Below are positions 42,379-55,194 of a DNA stretch of 64,000 nucleotides, piece after piece. The position numbers were made by a program, and so were the translations under genes. This DNA comes from Cyanophora paradoxa CCMP329 (taxonomy: Eukaryota; Plantae; Glaucophyta). The DNA is taken from assembly GCA_004431415.1 (NCBI GenBank), contig QPMI01000564.1, positions 208,570 through 272,569 on the forward strand, given 5' to 3'. Under the pieces are notes generated by a model, which worked only from the letters and a program-made list of their open reading frames with translations, was not told the DNA's origin and did not search any database. How positions within the stretch are numbered: the stretch's first letter is position 1; each line of letters begins with the position of its first letter.

Positions 42379-42969
42379 TTCGATGTTATATCAATAAAAT
42401 CGATTAATTTATTTGAATTTTCACATGAATTTTCATATTTTTATATGCAATTTCAATTAATTTAATCGATGTTATATCGATAAACTCGATTAATCGATAT
42501 TGTATCTTAATTGTAGTTAATCGGAATTATATCAATAACTTCGATTGATTTTAATTGAATTCTAAATGAATCTAATCGGAATTATATCAATAAATTCGAT
42601 TAAATCATGTTCTTTTCCGATTAAATCAATTAAATATTTAACTTTGTTATCATAAGTGGTCTAAGTTGACTCACTTTTCATAAACATTTTGAACTCTTAG
42701 TCTCCTTGAATTTCTTAAGATGACTCAACTTAGTCAACTTAGTCAACTTTGTTACCATAATCAATCAGGGTGGACTCACTTTTAGATCAACTTTGAAATT
42801 TCAAGCAAAATCAACTTTGATTTCAAAAGTGGATCTTCTAAGTGGACTCAAAATGTTCACTTTGTGATACATGTTAGCTCAAATCCTTACTGTTTATGGT
42901 CAGGGTTGACTAAGTGGGGGGAGTTGACACATTTTTTGAAATCCTTTTTAGAAAACTTTTGGTCCCAAA

Positions 42970-43133
42970 TATTTCCTGTGAAATTTGAGTCAACTCAACC
43001 CACTTAGTCAACCCTTGCATTGAATTCGTAACAAAATCCATATACTTTTACTACTTTTACGATTAATATGAGTCAACCTTGAGTCCACTTAAATATAAAT
43101 ATAATATAATAGGGGGAATCAAGGGGAGATGCT
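42970..43133 (+). repeat. ~164-bp direct repeat, copy 2, inside a GTCAAC/GTTGAC-rich region (42655-43090)
   Basis: Near-identical to 277-440; gggttgactaagtggg at ~42903 is the inverse of cccacttagtcaaccc at ~42999. Confidence 0.93.
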
Positions 43134-43369
43134 GAGGTTTTAGTGTAAGGAAATCTTATACTATACGATTTTTTAACACTTGTAGGTGTAGGGTGCAATC
43201 ATATTTTGGCTTCATCATACAGTAGAATTCTATCGTAAAAAATGTCCGGAATCCGGAAAATAATCATTGTAGAAAGCTACTGTAGGAAAAGGATATATTA
43301 TATCTTTTTGTAACAGTTGCTATTGTAATAAAAAAGGTAAATTACCCTGTTTATCATTATAGAAACTCA

Positions 43370-43768
43370 TCAAAACGGGAATCTATCATGTTTATGTCTC
43401 TCAGTCTTCTCAAATGTGAGGAAATTCATTGTTTTATCGATCTCATCTGCTACTGATTGTGTTTTATGCTGAGCTTCTTTACCACAGCTGAATATATCTA
43501 TTGCTAACATGCCTTCATTGGAATAACAATGAGCTGTGCAATGGCTTTCATCTAATAGCAGAACCAATGCAAAACCAGGAGGTGATATTTTGCCATCAAA
43601 TATCTCACAGTGTTTATGAACAATTCTTATGCCTTGTCTTAATATAGCTTGTTCAAGGGTTCCCATAATCCAATTACCTAGGAAGCTAACATGCTCATGT
43701 CCTGTTGCAATAGCTGATTTAGCCTTGTAATCAAGCATAACATGAAAGCCTCTGTATTGAGTCTCCAT
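43370..43768 (-). CDS. speD: S-adenosylmethionine decarboxylase proenzyme (prokaryotic class 1b type)
   Basis: GFHVMLD, PPGFALVLLLDESHCTAHCY, AIDIFSCG. Confidence 0.88.
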   Translation of the reverse strand: METQYRGFHVMLDYKAKSAIATGHEHVSFLGNWIMGTLEQAILRQGIRIVHKHCEIFDGKISPPGFALVLLLDESHCTAHCYSNEGMLAIDIFSCGKEAQHKTQSVADEIDKTMNFLTFEKTERHKHDRFPF

Positions 43769-43791
43769 TAAGAATACCTTAGAAAAATTAA

Positions 43792-44064
43792 CTAGTCAAA
43801 CCTAATGCAAATATCCCTATACTCTACTCTGATTGATGAAGTAGCTCTTTTCCTGTGTGCTTGACTCTTTCTTTTGTTACAGTCCCTACACCCTGATCCC
43901 TTCACATGATTAAAGGGATAGGTAAGGATCACTTTATTACACTGCAAACATCTCACAGATACTTTCTCTTGAGCTTTGATGTAATGTGTCTCACTGTAAT
44001 CGAATTTATCTTTACCATGGACTGTCATAGCAGCATCAATAAACTTTTTTGTTTTACTATCCAT
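43792..44064 (-). CDS. Zinc-binding module of the kind repeated in viral homing-endonuclease-like proteins
   Basis: FIDAAMTVHGKDKFDYS...KVSVRCLQC...NHVKGSGCRDC. Confidence 0.7.
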   Translation of the reverse strand: MDSKTKKFIDAAMTVHGKDKFDYSETHYIKAQEKVSVRCLQCNKVILTYPFNHVKGSGCRDCNKRKSQAHRKRATSSIRVEYRDICIRFD

Positions 44065-44086
44065 ACTCTATATATAACCAATATTC

Positions 44087-44565
44087 TTATGGAGCAGTAT
44101 CCTGCCCGAAAATGGGGAAATATCGATTTGTCCCATAATACTCAGCATAGGTATTCTGCCTTGCAATAAAATCGGTTCTCTCAGCATATAATACACACTT
44201 GTAGATACCAAACTTGGTGGCTCTAACCAGAAACTGATAGTCTTCCAAACCGAAATTGACTCCATGATAAGCAATACCAAAATTATCATATGGGGTGATC
44301 ACAACTGCAAAATTAGGAGTTCCACCCTCTACTTGACAAAGAGCATAAACATCTGGTGGGATATCCACAACTACCTTGTAGTGGTCACCAATTTCAACAA
44401 GAGAGTCTACTACTGCTGTTTGTTCATTCACAACAATTGGGAATATCTTTATAATGTATGGGGCATTCATGCTGGGGACATAGGTTCGAATTCTTGTGTT
44501 GGGATCAATGGGATTGGGTTGATCATTCACAAATAGAGGCGCTCCAACAGCCCCACCAACCCTAA
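44087..44565 (-). pseudogene. C-terminal part of the fibre paralogue split by the transposon
   Basis: Joins 55444..55801 in frame (834 nt) when the insert and one TAA are removed. Confidence 0.88.
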
Positions 44566-44878
44566 CGTAAGGAGCTGTTTCGCATGTCGCAGACGGCCCC
44601 GGACGGACCTCGACGGGCCGAAAACGGCGCGACCTTTTGGACATCCCGCTAGTTCGCGAGCTTTAACAATGGATGGAATTTGAATTTTGAACACGGCCGT
44701 GTCACGGCGGCTATCAGCCGGCTGAGTTCGAGTTCGAGCTGGCTAGACCAAATTCTATATCCCCCCAAGCCATCTCCCCCCCCTTCCAAGCCACGGCCAG
44801 CTGCAGCTAGATTGCGGCCAGCCACGGACTTGCGCGGGAAAAGCAAAAGCGCTTATAGCTTAGCGTTCGGCGATCGAG

Positions 44879-46683
44879 ATGCCGCTCTCTGTGCTGTCTG
44901 CCAAGGTCGGCTCAGCGTTCGGTTCCATTAGAGCGTGGCTGGGCGGCGCCAGCGATGGCAGGCCGCGGCACGGCCAGATTGGCGGCAGCACCTGCGGCAG
45001 CCAGGACGACCTCGGCGAGGACGTGAATCCAGACGACTTTGGCGACGCAGCTTTGAGCGAGCAAGTCGTTCAGCCTGCGCATGCAGCGCCAGCTGCGCAT
45101 GCGACGGCCGCGGTCGCGCTGGCGCCTCCCGCGGCGGAGCCGGCGGGCGGGAGCGACTCCCCACAAGTCTCGCCAGTACGCTCAGAGCTCGAGCAGAGCC
45201 CCGGCAGCGGCTGCTGTGAGACGCCAGGGACGCCTTTGGGGGGGGGTACGCCTGTACAGCCGTGTACGCCGCCTGTCGCAGCTGCCTCATCAGCGACCCC
45301 CGTGTACACGCCTGATCGCCCGCGTCGCAAGCGGGTAGTAGCTGCGCCCTCGCAATCGCAGCCTTCGCATGATCAGCCGGCCACGCCTCCACGCACGCAG
45401 CCGCCGGCGGCAGCGGCCTCGCCAGCGACCCCCGTGGACATGCCTAAGCGCGTGAGTCGCAAGCGGGCAGCGGCGGCGACCTCCCAGCCTTCGCCCGCGG
45501 CGGCACCGAGCGAGCAATATGAGGATCCCTTCGTTGCCATGGAGCGGTATATGGACGATCCCTCTGTCGCGCCGTCGCCTGCCAGCTCAGCCGCGAAGAA
45601 GCCAGCCCCGAAGAAGCCCGCCACGTCCACCAAGCAGCAGTGCAAGCGGCGCAAGTGCGATGTCGAGATGACGGGCGAGGAGGAAGATCGATTCACCCCC
45701 TGGGACAAGCCCGGGCGGCACCGCTTTCGCATCGAGGAGGAGGACGCCGCACTCTATCGGAGGCTCACCGGCTGCAAGCGGGTTTCCGATGCGGTTCGCA
45801 TGGCGTCCAAGCTCCTTGAAGCGATCGAGTACCTTCAGCAGCGTGTGCGCGCGCCGTTTCACGCCGCCGTGCGCTTCGCCCGCAGCTTGCCTCGCTGATT
45901 CGGGCCGCAGGATGTCCTAGACAAGGGTCTAACTGGCGCGGAGCTCGCCAATCAACTGAAGGCGAAAGTCGACGTGTTCCTCCGTGCACCGGCGCAGCGT
46001 GAGGAGCTCCAACAGAAGTGCAGCTCCCTGGAGCGGGAGCTCCCTGATCTGCGGTGGGCCAACAGGGAGAAGCAGCGGCAGATCGCTCAACGGGAGGAGA
46101 AGATCGCTCAGCTGGAGAAGGAGATGATGCAGCTCAACGCCAGTCTGGTGAGCCCGCCGGCCGCCGCGCCGCCCGCGCCGCCGGCGCCCGCAATGCGCTG
46201 CTGACGGCGGTCCCTCCGGCGCCCGCAGAGAGCGACTCGGGTCAAAAACCTCGAAGAGGAGTGCGAGGAGCTGCAGAACCAGAACGCTGCGCTGCAGACG
46301 AAGGTGGATGACTTGGAAAACAAGGTCCGCGATTGCCCACACGCGTGCGTGCGCCCGCTGGCGCGTAACGCGGCGCGGCGCAGGTCTCAAGGATGAAGAG
46401 GAATTGGGACTTGGAGTTGGAGCGTGAGGCGAAGGTGTGGCGGAAGGAGGAGCGCATGTACATAAAGGAGGTGGAGGAGCTGGAGGCCGTTATCGAGTAT
46501 CTCTACATGAGGGACGTGCTCATGCGGGAACCCCGGGGCCTAGGGTCGCAGGGTGGGTCGCCGCGGTCCAGCAGCTACACGCTGCTGTGCCGCCGGAGAC
46601 GTCGCCTTTCGAGGCGCCCGCCATCGGGCGCTAGCCCCGGCCCGCTCGCTTCGTCCTGCATAGCTAGAGCTCTCATCGGATGA
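44879..46683 (+). CDS. Multi-exon Pro-rich and coiled-coil hypothetical protein (transposon cargo)
   Basis: ORFs 44879..45898, 45974..46204 and 46393..46683 are separated by GT..CAG intron-like segments. Confidence 0.5.
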
Positions 46684-48180
46684 GAAAAATTTGTGTTCCT
46701 TTTGCGCATGCGTCGCCCACACGACAGCCGGGCGGGGACGCGGGGCGCGGCTGGGTTGGCTAACTGTGCGTGCATCCGGAGCCTCCGAGCAAGCCTAGCC
46801 TATAAGCTCGGCGACGCTGAGCTAGGTGCGCCCGGCGCGCCTGGTAATCTGCTCGGGAAGGTCGGAACGGCTTGGGCACGGAACCGGGGTCGGCCGCAAA
46901 GGCGGACCGTGCCAGACCCAATCGGCGCTGAGCTACGCCGGCGCGCCTGGTAATCTGCTCGGGAAGCTCGGGATGAGTCAAGGCCTCGCACCTGGGGCTG
47001 GCAATCCATGCACTGCGGCAAGCAGCCGCTGCCCCCACCGACCTCGTCTCGCAGAAGCGGGTCACGGAGATGAAGGAAGACCGCGTGAAGCGCCGCGGGC
47101 GCTCTCGTGGCATGCCGGGCCGGGCCGGGCGTATGCGTACCCGGTTGGCCAGCGGAGGAAACTCGGCTGACTGAGCGGCTCGCGCTTTCGACAACGTGGC
47201 ACTGTGGCACTGTAGTACACCTGGCGAGGCGCACGCCGCGACAACGATTCGGCGAGGCGCACGCCCTCGCCCGCGAACTTGGAACATACGCACGCCTGCC
47301 CTGGATCGCGGACCGAGCCTCGGAGACTTCCGCCCTCTCCGAGGCTCATGGCTGAAGCTGCGATAGCATGGTGCCGGCTGGCTGAGGCCGCCCGTGCCGG
47401 AGCAGCTGCAGCCGGGGCCAAGTGGCTGGCCGGCGCCTTAAGCGCGCGGCTGCACTGCGAGCGGGGAGCTGGGCTCGCTGTCGGCGGCAATCTTATCCGC
47501 TCTCAAGGTTTCGCAAGGCTGCGAGCGCGCGGCGACCCCCGGTATCGCGTTCGCAATTTTTGATCTGCCAGGGAATCTGCACTCCGAGGCTTGCGATTGA
47601 AGCACGGCAGCCTCGTATCTTGATTAGAACTTTTTATTCAAGATGTAGAGGCGTCACACGGCGTTATTTAGTGCCCTGCACAAAGCCCCCGCGATGGGCC
47701 CATTTAACCCGTCATACCATATGACTCATCATACGCCTATACACTACGTTACAGCTAGTCTTCTGCTGACTTTTGGCCCTTCCAAATTGGGCCCATCGCC
47801 CCAGGAGCTGGGAGACATCGAAAAAAGCTTAGAGAACCTTTTTAAAGCACTATATAAGGCCTCCTATGCAGCTGCAGGGTCGGGGGAGGCCTTGTATGGC
47901 GCGAAAATAGGCTCCCGAGGCCCCCGGACTGCCAGAGTGTCCCGGAGGCCCCGACTGTCCCGCCAGGCGCCCCGCCCTGTCAGCCCGCCCCGCCAGCCCG
48001 CCCGCCACTCTCGGTAGTCACTGAGTGCCACGGTGCCACGGTGCCACGGTGCGCGCACGATAGCAGAATAACTAGTAAATCTGTCGTATTCAAGCCAGGT
48101 GCAGACTGCAGCTGGTGACTCTAGCTGCAGACATCGTCCGGCCGCGAGACGAGGACGCCGTCGCCGGCAGGGCGGCGACC

Positions 48181-48435
48181 GGCGGGGCGGGGCGGGGCCG
48201 GCGGGCGGGGGCGGGGGCGGCGGGCGGGGCGGGGCGGGGCGGGGCGGGGCGGGCGGGGCGGCGGGGCGGGGCGGGGCGGGGCGGGGCGGGGCGGGGCGGG
48301 GCGGGGCGGGGCGGGGCGGGGCGGGGCGGGGCGGGCGGGCGGGGCGGGGGCGGGGCCGGCGGGGCGGGGCGGGGGCCGGCGGGGCGGGGCGGGGGCCGGC
48401 GGGGCGGGGGCGGCTAACGGCGGGGCGGGGCGGCT
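48181..48435 (+). repeat. (GGGGC)n tract with G-quadruplex potential
   Basis: Visible directly; flanked by a 35-bp direct repeat (48132-48166 and 48460-48494). Confidence 0.9.
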
Positions 48436-49997
48436 AACGGCGCTACGCTTCGTCGTCGGCATCGTCCGGCCGCGAGACGAGCACGCCGTCGCCGCGACGC
48501 AGGCGGCGGCGCTTGCACCGAGCAGCAGCAGCAGCCCCGTCCGCCTCCGCCGCCGCCTCCGCCGCCTCCGCCGCCGCCGCCGCCGCCGCCTGCTGCTGCC
48601 GGATGCGCACCCGCTGGAAGTGCTCCGCGCACTTGAAGAGATTGTCGCCGAAATGCTCCATCTGCCCCGCCCGCCGCTGCAAGGCCGTCACGTTGTCATA
48701 GAGAGGCTTGAAGGCCGCCTCCTCGTAGAGCCCGAGGGGTCCTGCCCGCAGAAGCGCGCCGTGCTGCGGTGCTTGCGGATCTCCGACCGCAGGTTAATGG
48801 CCTCGAGGAGGTTGTTGTGCGCCAGCGCGACCTCGAACTGCTCGTACAGCTGCTCGTGCTCGCGCATCCACGCGCGCGCGTACTCCAGCAACTGCTTGAG
48901 CTCGGCCAGCTTGTATGGCCTCACCGAGTCGCGCTCTATTGCGAGGTTGACCTCCAAAGCTGCCTGGTGGCGCCGCCTGATCTCATCCTCCTCCTCGAGC
49001 GCGCGCTCCTCGTCCGCCTTCATGCGCGCCCTGCGCTCGGCGCGCTGCCGCTGGTCCATCGCTCTCCGAGTCGCTGCTGTTGATCTCGATGACAGACGAA
49101 GTCATTGGGCGATTGCACGGCGCGTTGATGGTCTCCTCCTGGTCCTCCTCCTCGGACACGTAGTCAGCGGGCATATGCTTCGCTCCACAGCTAACATAGC
49201 TACACTGTCGATGCGACATAGCTAACGCTTGAGGCTGCTTCAGGCCCACCAGCTGCAGGGCGTTCAGCTGGAGTTGGACGTTCAGCAGTTTGCGTACCCA
49301 GTCTGGGCATGCTCCCCTTGCTTAGCGCGTCATACCCATATCGACGAGCGAGCATCGCGGCCGGCAAGGACCGCGCGGGTGGACCAGCCGCTTCGCCTAA
49401 GGTAGCTATGCATCGCAATTGCGCATTATCGCGCATGCTGGGCTCGCCTGCTGCTCTTCGGCGCCTAACTGTCGCGGATGTGTATGCTTGCTCGCGGCGC
49501 TCGGAGCTGCCGCTTCCGCAGATGGCAGGGGAGGTACACGCGATCTTTTTTTCCGAGTTTTGAACCCGCCCGCGCGATGCAGCGACCCATCGCGCCCCGT
49601 CCCGCGGCCCAGCCCGCGCCCCAAACGTTTCCAGCGCCCGCAGCAGTCGTTTTAGAGATGGCGGACGCGTCGGTCGCGTACCAGGCGCTTATGCGGATCA
49701 TCGCAGTGCTCACCCACAGCCGAAACGCCCACCTGGAACTGGAGGCGCGCGGCATTGCGTCTCCATTGTATCCGCATAGCTTAGCTTGCACGGCGGCGCT
49801 TCAAGAGGCCACCGCAGTGGCTGTGTTCCTCCAGTGCATCCTGCAGAGCCCTCCAGCTTCGCCACCCGGGTCGCCATCGGCTCCAGCGAGCCCGCAATCG
49901 CCTCAGATTAGCCCAGAGCAGCAGCAGCAGCGCGGTCGTCGCGCGTTCGGCGCCGACGTGGTATGCCGCTCATTCAAATTCGATGTCATGACTTGAC

Positions 49998-52900
49998 TTG
50001 CCCGCGCTTACGAGTGTATGCTCTCTGCCCGGCCGCGAGCAGACGAATGCAGTTCTTAATGAGGCGCCGAGCCCGGCGCCGCGGCCGGCCCCCGGCCCCG
50101 GCACCGCCCCGAAACGCGCTCGCGGCAAGGAAGATGTGCCGCCTGAGGAGCGGATCGTCCGCAAGGCGACGCTCAAAGCGCGCGACGAGCGCATCGCAGT
50201 GCTTGAGGCGGAGAACAAGAAGCTTAGGGAGGAGCACCAGTCGAAGCGCGCCAAGGTCCCGCGGACTTCGGCACAGCGTGCAGCGACCATCTCGCGCATA
50301 GCTAGGCAGGTCCCTGGGAAGGGATGCTCGGATACGTCCAGGCAGCGGCGCACGCGGTTCCTCCGCATGCTGCTCTCGACGATTCTAAACGCTGCGAGTC
50401 CGGACATCCAGATCCGCCTCCCCATGTTTAAAAAGAACTTCGCGAGGTACAAGGCGGGGCGGCGCGCGCGCAGGCATATGCATGCTTATCCAGGGCGCCC
50501 CAGGAACAAAGGAGAGGAGGAGGGCGCCTATCAGAAGAGGAGGGAGGCGCTGGAGGCGGAGGCACGCCGCCTCGTGAGCATCATCGGGCCACACGCAGTG
50601 CGCGTTATTATACATAAAAAGAGCTACCGAGAATCGTACTTTAATAGGCTACAAAATCGTTGGAGAAGAGCACCTTTCTGAACCACCGTCCGCAGGCCCA
50701 ACGAGCCCTGGAAACGAGCAAATCGGGTCAGCTGCAAGTGAAGAAGGCGATGAGCATCGCCTGCAGGAAGCTGCGGGACACCTTCCCCGACTGCGAGATT
50801 CTAGAGTGGAAGGACCGCCACTGCATCTCGGACGTGCGCCCTTTCTCGAATGTTTTAACCCCCATCCCGTTCTAAACCGACCCGGGCAGGCGACGTACTT
50901 TGAGTTCACGAAGCTCCTCAAGAAGGCCCTGAAGAAGCACTTCGTGGGCTGCGAGCCTTCCTCCCGTCGAAGCACTGCATCACGAAGCTACGGGGCAAGG
51001 TCAACGATGACCTCGAGAAGGCGCGGCGCGCGCGCGCGGGGCGGGGTGAGGGACGAGGCTCACCGAGCGGTGCAGATCGTGCAGATCGTCGAAACAGCGG
51101 CGGGCGTCGGCGACGAGGAGAACAAGGGCAAGCCGGGCGTCATGCTCGAGCTCTTTGTGCCTCCGTCGAGCGCAGCGCCGGCGGCGGGCGGAGAGGCGGC
51201 AGCGCCGGCGGCGGGCGGAGAGGCGGCAGCGCCGCCGCCCCGCAGAGCTGTCACGCCGACGCCCGCCCTGTCGGCCCTCATCAGCGCTTTCGTCCCGCTG
51301 CACAAGCACAGGGGGAAGAAGATCAGACCTCGAGTCCGCCTGGCGGGCGACGGGACGATCGCGTTCCGCGGGAAGAGCGTCTCCACGACCGACGGCATGA
51401 CCTGCATCGTGGCAATCGTCGACGGCTACTACGTCATCGAGGAGGACGGGACGCAGGCGTACCACCCGCTGAAGGGCGTTCAGAGCTGCTACGCCCTCCT
51501 GCCCCTAATGCTCTTCGGCGGTAGCGACAGCGAGGAGAACCTGCGCCCACGCATCAAGCCCCTCGCCGACATGGTCGAGTACCTGAACGAGAACCCGCTC
51601 ACCCTGATCCCGGGTACGAGCACGACAAGCCCGTCGAGGTCGAATTCTTGGTGACGGGCGACTACAAGTTCCTCCGCGTCCTCCTCGGCTTCGACCTGTG
51701 CCCGCACTGCGATTCTGTCCACCGACGCGGGTCAGTTCGCCGAGTCACACGCGCTGAGATTCGGCATGGGGCTCACGTTACTGCAGGTCCGAGTGCTCGG
51801 CGGTCGAAGTCGTGCGCGCAGCAGGGCCGCGGGATCGGGACGGCCTCCCTCCAGCCAGCGAACAGAGAATCCGCACCCCCGAGCACGACGCCAACGCCCT
51901 CCTGCAGCCGCTCCCGAACAGCATGCTGCCCGTCGCTGCCGTCGAGGTGAGAAGCCCGCGACACCTCGCCTCAGCGGACGCCAACGCGCACCTCAGGTCC
52001 GGCTCGACGACGCCCTGCACGGCATCAAGAGCTGGGTGGCCGGGTTCTTCGTCTACTTCTTCCTCGCCCTCGCCTGTGGTGCCTCCGAGGACCAGCAGAA
52101 GCGCATCGAAGACCTGCAGCGTCATCTTCGCGATAAATACGCGCGGAACATCAAGTTCGAGAAGACCGAGAACGGGGCCACCTACAAGTTCTTCCAGAAG
52201 ATCTCCGCCAACACCGCCAAGAAGATCCTGGAGGACCCCGAGGCGCCCGACACCCTCTTCAGCATCTGCTTCGGCGACAGTAAGGAGAGCTGGAGCGAGA
52301 AGACGAGGGGCATGCACGAGATTTGGCAGCTCCGCCAGATCATCTACCAGTACGAGCGGAACATGAAGCCCGACGAGGAGGCGCGGCAGCAAGTTATCGA
52401 GGCCGTCGCCGAGCTCCAGGGCCTGATGGAGACACACTTCCCGTTATGGAAGATCTTCACACGCTACATGCACTCGACGCTTGCGCACCTCGCGTTCTGG
52501 GCGCGCGTCGACAACACGAACGCGCCCGGCCGTTGGAGCTGCGAGGTCATCGAGTCCTACATGGGCCTCCTTCGGCGCCTGCGACACACCGTCACGTCTC
52601 TCGGTGGCGGGTGGAACAAGGACCTCGACATGCTCAAGCAGATCATGACGCACCAGCGGCGGCGCCTGGCGCTGTGGATGCGGAACATGACGGAGGCGAG
52701 CGCCGGCGGGAAGGACGCTGCCCACGCCGAGTACGACGCGCCCGTCGCCGCCAAGGCCTGGCCAGATGGGCCCTTCATCCCCCGACCTGCGGCCCGTCCC
52801 CACCGGTCAGCGGCTATGCAGGGCGAAGGGGCGGCGGCGGCGCCGCCGGGGGCGAGGAGGTGGCAGCGGTGCCCCTGCCTGCGGACGAGGAGGAGATCGA

Positions 52901-53126
52901 CGAGGATATTGAGCTGCAGGAGGGGGATCCGGTGCCGGAGGACGAGGTGCCCGAGGAGAGCGGGGACGAGGAGGAGGAGGAGGAGGAGACCGCCGAGTAC
53001 GACGCCGAGGCAGAGGAGGAGGCGGAGGAGGAGATGGAGGCGGAGGATGAGGGCGCCAACATGCTCGATTTCGATGATAGGGCCCTAGCAGAGGTTCTAG
53101 CAGACGATCTAGCGGAGGGGAAATAG
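49998..53126 (+). CDS. RAG1/Transib-like (CMC group) DDE transposase, multi-exon, with acidic C-terminal tail
   Basis: RLAGDG (D ~51349), PLMLFGGSDSEENL...IKPL, GDYKFLR..G..CPHC (D ~51660), DALHG, YMHSTLAH, GRWSCEVIES (E ~52552); introns 51021-51075 and 51947-51996. Confidence 0.82.
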
Positions 53127-53165
53127 ACGAAATGGATTTGGACCAGACATAGCGCACCTTGTAAC

Positions 53166-55194
53166 CTAGATAGTGCGATTCTCAGTAGCAGCTTCACGAC
53201 TTTGCCCTCTTGCGCGCCGCCACCGCGGCCGCGAGCTGTGCCGCGCGATCCTTCCTGCTGCAGGATTAGGCGAGCAAGTAGCCGAGCGGGGGCGAGGGGA
53301 GGGGGCGCACTTGGGGACCGAGGCGGATGCGGCGGGGGCAGGTAGGGCGGCAGCGGCCGGTGGGGCAGCAGCAGCAGGGGCCGACAGGGCGGCGACCGGC
53401 GGGGCGGGGGCGGGCGGGGCGGCGGCGGCGGCGGCCGGCAGGGCGGCGGCGGCGGGGGCCGGCGGGGCGGCGACGGCGGGGGCCGGCAGGGCGGCGGCGG
53501 CGGGGGCCGGCAGGGCGGCGGCGGCAGGTTCTGAAGGGGCTGCTTCGGGGACAGGCGGCGCCTTGGCGACGGTGTTGGCGCCGGCGCGGCACCGGCGCGG
53601 GCGCTTCACGGGACAGCCGCGAGGGGCCCCGCGAGGCTGGCGATGCGCTCGCCGTCGGGGCCGTACTCGTAGCTCGGAAGCTCGAGCGTGACGTGCCCAC
53701 CTTTCCTGCCCGAGCGCTTCGTGGCCACGATCCGACCGGGACCTGCCGCGCCCAAGGAGCAGAGCTTCGTAAGCGAGCGGCGCGGCGAGGGCGGGCCGGG
53801 CGCACGCTCGTCGAACTGGACGACGTCATGGGAGCCCGTGTGGCGCGGCACGATTAAGCCGCCGTACGCCTTCTCGACGGTGACGGTCTGCATCTCGCTG
53901 TGCTTCCGGATCGCCTTCCCGTCCGCGTCCCGCTTGCAGACGCGCTTGGACGCTTGCGCCACGCCGGAGGGACCGAGAACAGCTGCAAAGAGGTCGGAAA
54001 AAGAACAGCGAGCGGGAAAAAGGAAGCGGCTTCCACCAGCAGCGGTCTCGCGGTCCGGAAGCTCGATAACGAAGCGATTCGCCGCCGGCAGCTTGTCAAC
54101 CGGGATCGGCTGGCCCGTCTTCGGGTCGATGGGCGTGGCGACGTGCGCGACCTGCGCCACGATGTTCTCCTGCGATGCGCACCGTTAGAGGATAGGAAAA
54201 AGAACTTCGAACGAGTCATAAGAGCCGCAGACCAACATTGCCGGCCCGGCCACCGGGATCTTGACGTTGACAAGCTGCGTCCCGGTCTTCCGGCGCTTGA
54301 GGGCGTTCGCGGCGGCGTCCTGAAGGTAGCCAATCGCCTCCACGCGCTCCTCCGGCCTCGACAGCGGCCGGAGGAAGCACGCCATCTTCTTCTTCGCCAC
54401 TCGCTTGAGCCTCGCGTTGAAGGCGAGGGCGACGTCGAACTGGAAGGAGCCGTCGCCCGGGAACGTCATGATTTGCTTACAGACGTAGATGTGGGGATCG
54501 GCGTGGTTGAGGGCTTTGTACTCGTCCGCGGCCACCACCTTCGCGGGTGCGTGAACCTGCGCGCACGGGCATCGGACGCTGGAACGGGGCGCGGGCGCGG
54601 CGGGCGGACCGTCACGTTCGAGTAGTAGATGAGGTGGTTTGCGATGGCCACGGCTGCCTGCTCCCCGTCTGCCTTGATGATCACGCTGCCGAGCCCGCAG
54701 TCCTTCACATCGGAGTCCTCCGGGCGCACGAAGCGCCGAAGGATGACGCCGTTGACGGAGTAGTTGAAGTCGCCGCGCTTCGCCTTCGTCTGTGTTGGGA
54801 ACTCGCCCTCGACTCGCGCCAAAATCGTTTCACCTGGGCGCGGGAAATGGAAGGGCTTCGGGCGAACGACGCTGAGTTCTGGACACAGCTGGGTGTCTGA
54901 GCTAACTGAACAGATGACGAAGTCGCCAAGGCGAACGTGGTAGGCGCGGCCGCTGGTGTCCAGGCAGCGGACCGTTGCCGCGGGGTGCTCGCCCTTGAGG
55001 ATGTCGAGGTCAGGGAGCTTGGGCTCCTTCGCCTTGCGCGCCTGCTGAGTGATCTTGTTGACACGCTTCATGTTGCCCTTGCCGGCCCACGAGCTGCTGC
55101 TGTCGGGTCGCTTGCCGTGCCAGCGGTGCCGACGTCGGGCCTCGTCGAAGCCGTCATCCCAGAGGCTGGGTTCCTTTCGCTTTGACTGCTTCAT
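53166..55194 (-). CDS. Multi-exon BAH-domain-like protein with PAPAAAAL-repeat tail, convergent with the transposase
   Basis: YHVRLGDFV, ILARVE, LRRFVRPEDS, LIYYSN, VVAADEY, IYVCKQ follow the BAH motif order. Confidence 0.6.

Noticed and set aside
277-43133. The 164-bp repeats as LTRs or as the TIR pair of one element
   Set aside because: They are direct rather than inverted, lack TG...CA ends and a TSD, and no reverse transcriptase is present
53166-55194. Convergent gene as a true RAG2 homologue
   Set aside because: No kelch GG repeats or PHD Cys/His pattern; the motifs fit BAH better
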